Shown here: positions 58,537-64,000 of the stretch, in pieces
Numbering within the stretch: the stretch's first letter is position 1
Layout of the letters: each line of letters starts with the position of its first letter
IMG/VR virus record: IMGVR_UViG_3300037502_001442
Location: 7,823-71,822 of that record
Strand: one strand, 5' to 3'
DNA from: a virus
DNA: 64,000 bases
The notes under the pieces: generated by a model
Told to the model about the DNA's origin: nothing
Database searches by the model: none
What the model saw: only the letters and a program-made list of their open reading frames with translations
Position numbers and translations under genes: made by a program

Positions 58537-59097
58537 TCACGAGAGGCTCTCGTGGAGCGCCTCGTAGTCGTCGCTGAGGTACGTGATGAAGTCGTCCCTG
58601 TCACGGTCCTTCACGAGGACCGAGACCCCCGTGGAGAAGACGTTGCTGGTGGGCTCCACGAGGACCGCCACCGTGAACGGGCAGTCGCTCGTGCCACCGA
58701 TGAGTTCCTCCACCCACTGGTTGAAGTCACGCTTGCGACGACCGACGGCGTCGTCCCAGTTGCCCGTGGTCCAGCCGTCCAGCACCTCGGTCCAGCCGTT
58801 CAGGGTCGTGTGCTGGTAACCCCTCCAGCCGTCCGTGGAGCGCCACTCACGTGATGCGATCAACTCTGCGTACTCTCCCCAGAGAGGGTCGCCGTACTCG
58901 TTGAAGCGCACGTAGTCACCGATGATGAACTTCTTCGCACCTTCGGGCGAGACGATGAAGAGCGTGGACGCCGAGTTGACGTCCTGTTCGTAGCACGACT
59001 CACAGATGTAGTCGTTCACCACGTCGGACCACTGACCCTCGGTGTCGGGATCGAACTGGCTCTCACAGTCGTGGCAGGTGTTGGTTTCGTTGCTCAT
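58537..59097 (-). CDS. Hypothetical protein with N-terminal zinc finger
   Basis: 'CHDC...CESC', 'STDGWRGY'; GAAAGGAA RBS. Confidence 0.75.
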   Translation of the reverse strand: MSNETNTCHDCESQFDPDTEGQWSDVVNDYICESCYEQDVNSASTLFIVSPEGAKKFIIGDYVRFNEYGDPLWGEYAELIASREWRSTDGWRGYQHTTLNGWTEVLDGWTTGNWDDAVGRRKRDFNQWVEELIGGTSDCPFTVAVLVEPTSNVFSTGVSVLVKDRDRDDFITYLSDDYEALHESLS

Positions 59098-59109
59098 GGT
59101 TGATTCCTT

Positions 59110-59201
59110 TCTGTCTCGGGCTCTTGTGAGCCCTCACAGCCTCTCAGACGGCGCCTGAGGGGCTGTGAGGGCACCACCGCAGAGCGGTGGAGCCCCGAGG
59201 G
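59110..59201 (-). repeat. Structured intergenic repeat, copy C (92 bp, identical to copy E)
   Basis: Base-by-base match to 60777-60868. Confidence 0.92.
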
Positions 59202-59207
59202 AATGGG

Positions 59208-59510
59208 TCAGTAGAAGTGCCCGAAGACCTCCCAGCGACCGTCGTCGGTGGGTCGGATGATGCCGTCCCTCCTGCTCGTGATGTATGCGTTGAACCCGCA
59301 GAGTTCCAGCCACTTGAAGATGGTCTCGGCACTCTCGTTCTTCACCGTCGGGTCCACGGCGATGAGTATGGCAAGAGCCGTCCGTGCCTTGCCGTCATCC
59401 AGCGTGCACCGAACGGCGTGCGTCTCCTCGTGGATGATGTGCCAGTCGGCGCTGTTGCTCAGGTACAGGTCGTCTCGCACCGCACGTGCGATGTCGTCTC
59501 TGATGGTCAT
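59208..59510 (-). CDS. Hypothetical protein
   Basis: GAAAGGAAA RBS; single gene between copies D and C. Confidence 0.7.
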   Translation of the reverse strand: MTIRDDIARAVRDDLYLSNSADWHIIHEETHAVRCTLDDGKARTALAILIAVDPTVKNESAETIFKWLELCGFNAYITSRRDGIIRPTDDGRWEVFGHFY

Positions 59511-59527
59511 GGGTTTCCTTTCTCTGT

Positions 59528-59614
59528 CTCGGGCTCGTGTGAGCCCTCAGGGGGCACCAGCGTAATGCCGATGCACCCTGAGGGCACCACCGCAGAGCGG
59601 TGGAGCCCCGAGGG
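59528..59614 (-). repeat. Structured intergenic repeat, copy D
   Basis: Conserved ends; long stem changed compensatorily to GCCCTCAGGG.../...CCCTGAGGGC. Confidence 0.88.
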
Positions 59615-60067
59615 TCATGTCCAGTCGGCGCTGAGACCGACTCGTGCGTAGAGGGCGTGCAGGAGAGCCCCGTGCTCCACCGAAACGATCCGCCGTGCGA
59701 ATCGCACGTACTCGGTGCGCCACGCCTCGCCGTGTCCACGCTCACCGCAGGTGAGGTGGGCGAGTTCGTGGGCGAGCACGAGGCTCGTCGTCGGTCCCGA
59801 GAGCACGATGCGGTAGCCGTTCAGGTCGGCGCACGCTCCCGCTCTCTTGATGCGGGCTCGCACGACCTCGGGCGTGTCCAGACCGAGGCTGAGGCACGCA
59901 TCGGTCACGAGCCTCTGTGCGTCCTCCACGGACCACCGACGGGAGGGCAGGACGTCGTCCACCACGCTCTCCACGCCGTAGGTCAGCCTCTGGTGCTCGG
60001 GCATGCCCGAGAAGGCACGAGACCTCGCCCGTGCCCTCTCGGTCAGTTCCACGATGTGCATGGTCAC
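59615..60067 (-). CDS. HEXXH metallohydrolase (Rv0185/TIGR04338, SprT-like)
   Basis: 'VLAHELAHL......HGEAW...Y'; coupled to the DUF2786-like gene. Confidence 0.75.
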   Translation of the reverse strand: MTMHIVELTERARARSRAFSGMPEHQRLTYGVESVVDDVLPSRRWSVEDAQRLVTDACLSLGLDTPEVVRARIKRAGACADLNGYRIVLSGPTTSLVLAHELAHLTCGERGHGEAWRTEYVRFARRIVSVEHGALLHALYARVGLSADWT

Positions 60068-60762
60068 CTCCCGATGGCGCCGATGGCGCCCCGACCGATG
60101 CCGTTGCTGTTGAACGTGGAGCCCGTGCCGAGCCCTGCGCCGTAGGCAGACGCCGAGCGGACGCCACGGGACTGCACCGCTCGGAGCCCCGAGACCTGCG
60201 CCCTCATCTCGTCGTCCGCCCGCTTGAGGCGGTCACGGAGCACGAGCGCCGAGCCCGTGGTCTCCGTGGCGACCTCGTTGGACGCCTTCGTGAGAGCCCG
60301 ACCGACGCCGACGGCGAAGCCGACCCACCACGAGGTGCGGAAGGAGCGGTCGCCCTGAGGGATCGAACGGAGCGCCAGTGCCTCGGCGCTCTGGAAGAGC
60401 ACCTGAGTGGCGAAGATGTCAGCCTTCGTGCCGTAGAGGTGGAGTCGGTATCCCTTGCCACCCTTCTCGTTCCACACCGAGGTGCGGTACCGAGCGACGC
60501 CGTTCGCCTTCGCAATCTCGCCTGCGACGGTCAGACGGCGCAGTGCGTACGACCCGAACACGTCCAGCGTGTCGGTGACGACCTCCTCGTCTCGGTGCTC
60601 AGCACGGGCGAGGGCTCCCTCGTCCAGTGAGTACTTCGTGATGAGGCGCTGAGCGAGCGCCAGAGCGGTCTCAGCCTCGGCGGGCGGAGTGTTCGGATGG
60701 TTGGCACGGTCCAAGATGGCACGCACCTTCTCCACGATGGAGTCCTGTGTCTGTGTGGTCAT
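60064..60762 (-). CDS. DUF2786-domain protein (Rv0184-like)
   Basis: 'EKVRAILDRA....TPPAEAETALALAQRLITKYSLDE', 'SFRTSW..GF', 'AYGAG...G'; start MTTQTQ at 60762. Confidence 0.8.
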   Translation of the reverse strand: MTTQTQDSIVEKVRAILDRANHPNTPPAEAETALALAQRLITKYSLDEGALARAEHRDEEVVTDTLDVFGSYALRRLTVAGEIAKANGVARYRTSVWNEKGGKGYRLHLYGTKADIFATQVLFQSAEALALRSIPQGDRSFRTSWWVGFAVGVGRALTKASNEVATETTGSALVLRDRLKRADDEMRAQVSGLRAVQSRGVRSASAYGAGLGTGSTFNSNGIGRGAIGAIGR

Positions 60763-60776
60763 TGTTGGTTCCTTTC

Positions 60777-60868
60777 TCTGTCTCGGGCTCTTGTGAGCCC
60801 TCACAGCCTCTCAGACGGCGCCTGAGGGGCTGTGAGGGCACCACCGCAGAGCGGTGGAGCCCCGAGGG
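60777..60868 (-). repeat. Structured intergenic repeat, copy E
   Basis: Identical to 59110-59201. Confidence 0.92.
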
Positions 60869-61369
60869 TCATGCGTTGTCGCCCCGCAGGAGGGCGAGGA
60901 TGGCGTCCGCCGAATCGGGAGGGAGGACGAGCGACACGTACACGCCACCGTCCCGCTCCCGATTGACCTGCCCGAGCAGTCCTCGGGCGACGAGAGCCTC
61001 ACGCAGTTCGTTGCGCCGACGGTCGGTGACGATGTCGTTCAGGTGGGCGACAGCCTGCTCACGCTCACGGCGCTTGCGGGCTTCATCGAAGCGCTCCTGC
61101 GCCTCACGAGCCTCCTGCTCTTGCTTGCGGGCGAAGGCTGACAAGCCCTCCGCATAGACGCCCTTCACCTGACCGAGGGTCAGGAGGCGACGCTCACGGT
61201 GCACAGCCTTCCCTTCGCGGTTCCAGTAGACCTCCACGACCTTGACCTTCGTGCCCTTGCGGGTGTGCTCTAGCCCGAGGACCTGCACGTAGGCGCAGGT
61301 GTACTTGCTCGTGCGGAAGACCATCTCGGGCTGGTCCCCGACGATGTCCAGAATCTCGGATTGCTTCAT
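60869..61369 (-). CDS. Hypothetical protein
   Basis: GAAAGGAACC RBS; single gene between copies F and E. Confidence 0.75.
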   Translation of the reverse strand: MKQSEILDIVGDQPEMVFRTSKYTCAYVQVLGLEHTRKGTKVKVVEVYWNREGKAVHRERRLLTLGQVKGVYAEGLSAFARKQEQEAREAQERFDEARKRREREQAVAHLNDIVTDRRRNELREALVARGLLGQVNRERDGGVYVSLVLPPDSADAILALLRGDNA

Positions 61370-61386
61370 GGTTGGTTCCTTTCTGT

Positions 61387-61469
61387 CTCGGGCTCTGATG
61401 AGCCCTCACAGTGCACCGACGGCGCCGATGCACTGTGAGGACCCCCCCACCGAGGCGGGGGAGTCCCGA
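61387..61469 (-). repeat. Structured intergenic repeat, copy F
   Basis: CTCGGGCTC-TGATGA-GCCCTCACAGTGCA...TGCACTGTGAGG; short stem replaced by CCCCCAC-CGAG-GCGGGGG. Confidence 0.85.
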
Positions 61470-61484
61470 AGGGATGGGAAGAAG

Positions 61485-61991
61485 TCAGAAGGGGACTCGG
61501 TCGTCGGGCACCGTGACGAGAACGAGGTCCCCGTTGAGGATGCTCGTCAGGGTCTGGATGACCTTCTCGTGGGCAGTGTCGTCGCCCTCGCTGAACAGGT
61601 TCACCGCAAGCGCTCTGAGCGCCTCGGTGACGATGTCGTCGGGGGTCTTGCTGGCCCACTTGCGGGCGTGGCAGGGGTCGCACAGGGCGCCCCAGTCCTC
61701 GTCGGTGCCGAGGTTGGTGAGGCACTTGGCGCAGAAGCCCCGCAGGCAGTTCTCCGAGCGGTCTGCGTAGGTCTCGCCCCACGAGTCCTGCTCGCACTCG
61801 GGGCACTGGCAGTCCAGCGGGGTCTGCTCCACGATGATGTCCTCGGTGAGTCCTGCGAAGGACACCGAGTCCAGAATCTCGCCCGTGGCGGTGTCCGCCC
61901 AGACCTGCACGTAGAAGGGCTCGGTGTACCAGCCGTTCTCACGGGCAATCTGCGCCCAGCGGTCACGTGCGCTTTCGATGTTCAGTTCCAT
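61485..61991 (-). CDS. Cys-rich hypothetical protein, first gene of the early-type array
   Basis: Several CxxC motifs; GAAAGGAACC RBS; ends in 'DDRVPF'. Confidence 0.75.
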   Translation of the reverse strand: MELNIESARDRWAQIARENGWYTEPFYVQVWADTATGEILDSVSFAGLTEDIIVEQTPLDCQCPECEQDSWGETYADRSENCLRGFCAKCLTNLGTDEDWGALCDPCHARKWASKTPDDIVTEALRALAVNLFSEGDDTAHEKVIQTLTSILNGDLVLVTVPDDRVPF

Positions 61992-62017
61992 GGTATGGGT
62001 TCCTTTCTCTGGATGGA

Positions 62018-62102
62018 TGGGCTGGTGAGCCCTCTCAGACCCTCGGACGTGCGCCCGAGAGTCTCAGAGGGCACCCTCTCCCCGAAGGGAGAGGAGCGCC
62101 AT
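62018..62102 (-). repeat. Structured intergenic repeat, copy G
   Basis: ATGGGCT...AGCGCCAT closing stem; GCCCTCT...AGAGGGC long stem; CCTCTCCC-CGAA-GGGAGAGG (cUUCGg loop on the minus strand). Confidence 0.75.
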
Positions 62103-62389
62103 GCTGTTGGGGGAGGTATGTGTCCCCGAAGCCCGAGTTGCTGTTCGGACATGCTTGCTTTCACGTAGTGCAGAGGTGTGCTCCCTCTTCATCCCTTCCT
62201 TTACTGGTCCCCCACGTACTTGCTGTGCTCGGGGGCTTGCGCCCCCCGCCTGTCGTTGCGTGGATTCGGGTCAACCGTACCGATGGGCCTCACGGGACCC
62301 GATTATCGGAGCGCCAGCGGTATGGGGCTGGCAGGAGGCAGTGTAGGGGAAGGGTGTGCAGAAGTGGTGGATGATTCTTGTGATTCTCC

Positions 62390-62964
62390 TGTGACGTGCG
62401 TCACACCCCCTGTGACGGGGGTCATGGGTCTGGGGCTCCATAAGGGGGGTCCCGAGGTGCCCATAAGGGGCGCCCGAAACGGCGCCAGACCGACAGACCT
62501 TCCCATCTATGGGAGGGAAGGAAGGGGGGGATCGGGTGATCGGCGGAGCAGAGGGGATCAGCGGAGCATGGTGATCAACTTGCTTGTGCATGGCAATGAT
62601 TACTGGTTGGTGGGCACAACATTACTGGTTGGTGGGCACAACTATGTGTGTCCCCCTACCCTCCCCGTGCACACGTGTGACCTGCGTCACCCATAGCCCC
62701 ATCCCTAGGACGCATACCCCTAGGGGTATACCTCACATACCCTAGGGGGTATACGAATCCCTAGCACATGCCCCCATGATGCAACCGACTCGATCACTCA
62801 ATGAATAGGCGATTTGCGTCAGGAAGCGTTCTAAGGCGCTAAAAATCCTTGGTTGACTCGGTATACCAGAGAGGGGGGTTACACGCTGTAGAAGGGCTCT
62901 CAGAGCGTCTGAGAGGGTCCTAGGGGGCGCCCCGAGCGCCATGGGAGGTGTGACGTGCGTCACA
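62390..62964. promoter_or_regulatory. Three TGTGA-N6-TCACA (CRP/GlxR-like) palindromes
   Basis: TGTGACGTGCGTCACA at 62390-62405 and 62949-62964; TGTGACCTGCGTCACC at 62676-62691. Confidence 0.6.
62599..62642. repeat. Perfect 22-bp tandem duplication
   Basis: ATTACTGGTTGGTGGGCACAAC twice. Confidence 0.9.
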
Positions 62965-63001
62965 GGGGGGACGAGGGGGGGTGCCATACCCCTAGGGGTA
63001 C
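62714..63001. repeat. Three ATACCCCTAGGGGTAT-type palindromes
   Basis: 62714-62729 (perfect), 62737-62752, 62986-63001. Confidence 0.8.
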
Positions 63002-63154
63002 CCCCCCACCCTTAAAGGGGTCCGAGGGGCGGGGGAGGGGGTAGGGCCGATTCCCCGACAACCCTAAAAATGGCCCGATAGCCCTATTCTGGAGTCGATT
63101 TGACCTCAAAAATGCGCATAGATAGCCCTATCCCCAGTGTGCGATAATGAAAAC

Positions 63155-63469
63155 GTGCGAAAGCGGCTCACTGCGAGGGACATCGTCCACAACTTCACCC
63201 CTGGTGACTACTCGGGAGACCCTCAAGATCAGGAAATGCTGAGTGATTTTTGGGTAAATCGCTACCAGCAGTCCAAATGGAGCCCAATGGTCACTGGAAG
63301 TGACGAAAGAGACTCAATTTACGAGAGCATTGAGAAGGAAGGTCAGAAAAAGCCTGTCAGCCTGAACCTTGAGACAAAGGAAATCCTTGACGGGCATCAC
63401 CGAATCGCGGCCATGTACCACATAAACCCAGACCAGTTCGTAAAATACCGTGCCTGGAAGCCTCGTTAA
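63155..63469 (+). CDS. ParB/Srx-like nuclease-domain protein
   Basis: 'ESIEKEGQKKPV.......ILDGHHRIAA'; start uncertain (63137 or GTG 63155). Confidence 0.7.
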   Translation: MRKRLTARDIVHNFTPGDYSGDPQDQEMLSDFWVNRYQQSKWSPMVTGSDERDSIYESIEKEGQKKPVSLNLETKEILDGHHRIAAMYHINPDQFVKYRAWKPR

Positions 63470-63516
63470 GGGTTAAATCGTTCCCCCTAACAGGCGCTGA
63501 AGGGTACAATTGATCG

Positions 63517-63963
63517 ATGTCATTGAGCAAGGCACAGTTTGGCGAGTGGCAAGAGGGGTTCGACCCCCAAAAGGACATCAAAGTTCCTAAGGGAAGGTTC
63601 CATGGCTCATCTGGCCTTGCTGAGGACTTCGGTCTAGAGCACCTAGACCCTATGGAGCATCGAGATATCGTTGGTGACGCAGTCTACGCGGTCTCTGGAT
63701 GGGGAGAAGACGTCGACATGCCGATCTCCAATCTGGCGGCACAGCACCATATAGACCGAGCAAACGCCAGGAAAGTCTTCGAGAGCATCAAATCACGTGG
63801 GTTCGACCGTGATGAGCCGATCACAGTCGTTGGAGACAAGGACTACGGAGTCATCATCAACGGTCACCACAGAGCCATCGCCGCCAGAGCCGCTGGTATG
63901 AAGGAAATTCCCGCGACTTTGGTCAGTTGGGATGATGTGTATCGACGCATCCAGGGCAAGTAA
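63517..63963 (+). CDS. ParB/Srx-like nuclease-domain protein
   Basis: 'ESIKSRGFD..EPITV.......IINGHHRAIAARAAGMKEIPA'. Confidence 0.8.
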   Translation: MSLSKAQFGEWQEGFDPQKDIKVPKGRFHGSSGLAEDFGLEHLDPMEHRDIVGDAVYAVSGWGEDVDMPISNLAAQHHIDRANARKVFESIKSRGFDRDEPITVVGDKDYGVIINGHHRAIAARAAGMKEIPATLVSWDDVYRRIQGK

Positions 63964-63979
63964 CGTACAATTGATCGAT

Positions 63980-64000
63980 ATGACACTGTCTCGTGACCAG
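63980..64000 (+). CDS. 5' end of a truncated ORF (MTLSRDQ...)
   Basis: Same 15-bp upstream motif as 63517; runs off the window. Confidence 0.5.

Noticed and set aside
51843-60804. Extended N-termini in the ORF track (53192, 55066, 55864, 58604, 60804)
   Set aside because: The extensions cross other genes or the repeats; strong RBSs mark internal starts at 52865, 54436, 55750, 58424 and 60762
58451-61469. Hammerhead ribozyme suggested by CTGATGA followed by a stem in copies B and F
   Set aside because: The motif is on the antisense strand, the required GAAA after stem II is absent, and other copies read TTGTGA or GTGTGA
61485-61520. SSB C-terminal mimic in the 'DDRVPF' ending
   Set aside because: A six-residue resemblance in one ORF is too weak without homologues
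58451-62102. CRISPR array or classical integron attC array
   Set aside because: The intervals are whole genes of variable length, there are no RYYYAAC/GTTRRRY ends, and no cas operon or integron integrase is present
58451-62102. Intrinsic terminators or tRNA genes as the explanation for the repeats
   Set aside because: No U tract on the mRNA strand and no T-loop, anticodon arm or CCA end; the structures have three stems, not a cloverleaf
61967-62987. ORFs in the palindrome-rich region (for example 62178-62696 + and 62271-62591 -)
   Set aside because: No RBS, atypical composition, and they are built from repeats and homopolymer runs
63155-63963. ParABS plasmid-prophage partition system
   Set aside because: Only short ParB N-terminal-like domains; no HTH, ParA or clear parS site in the window

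Overview
This window is most of the genome of a contractile-tailed (myovirus-type) dsDNA phage. The host is probably an actinobacterium: two WhiB genes, an Rpf-like lytic transglycosylase, an Rv0184/Rv0185-like gene pair, high GC and many apparent leaderless TANNNT promoters point that way. Gene order: head, neck, sheath, tube, tape measure and baseplate genes (0.1-22.4 kb, +); a Dps plus small basic proteins island (23.1-24.5 kb, -); a replication/recombination module with an iteron-containing HTH initiator, DnaC-like loader, DnaB, primase, SNF2 helicase, SSB, PolA, RecA, Cas4-like nuclease and resolvases (24.7-39.5 kb, +); SpoVS and a run of low-complexity ORFs (39.6-44.2 kb); a nucleotide/sugar gene cluster with a degenerate TGT/DpdA-like protein and RmlB (44.3-49.2 kb); WhiB/Rpf/HTH genes; a long minus-strand early-type region (51.5-62 kb); a palindrome-rich non-coding kilobase (62.1-63.1 kb); and tandem ParB-like genes at the right edge. 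No terminase, integrase, tRNA or CRISPR array is visible. The most striking unexplained signal is a family of 7 clear (up to 9) intergenic three-way-junction elements in the early region. Most sit between the stop codon of one gene and the strong RBS of the next. They covary, and their UUCG/GNRA tetraloops and most G-U wobbles fall on the mRNA strand, which suggests an undescribed structured RNA motif dividing a cassette-like array. All product calls come from motif recognition by eye; no database searches were run.
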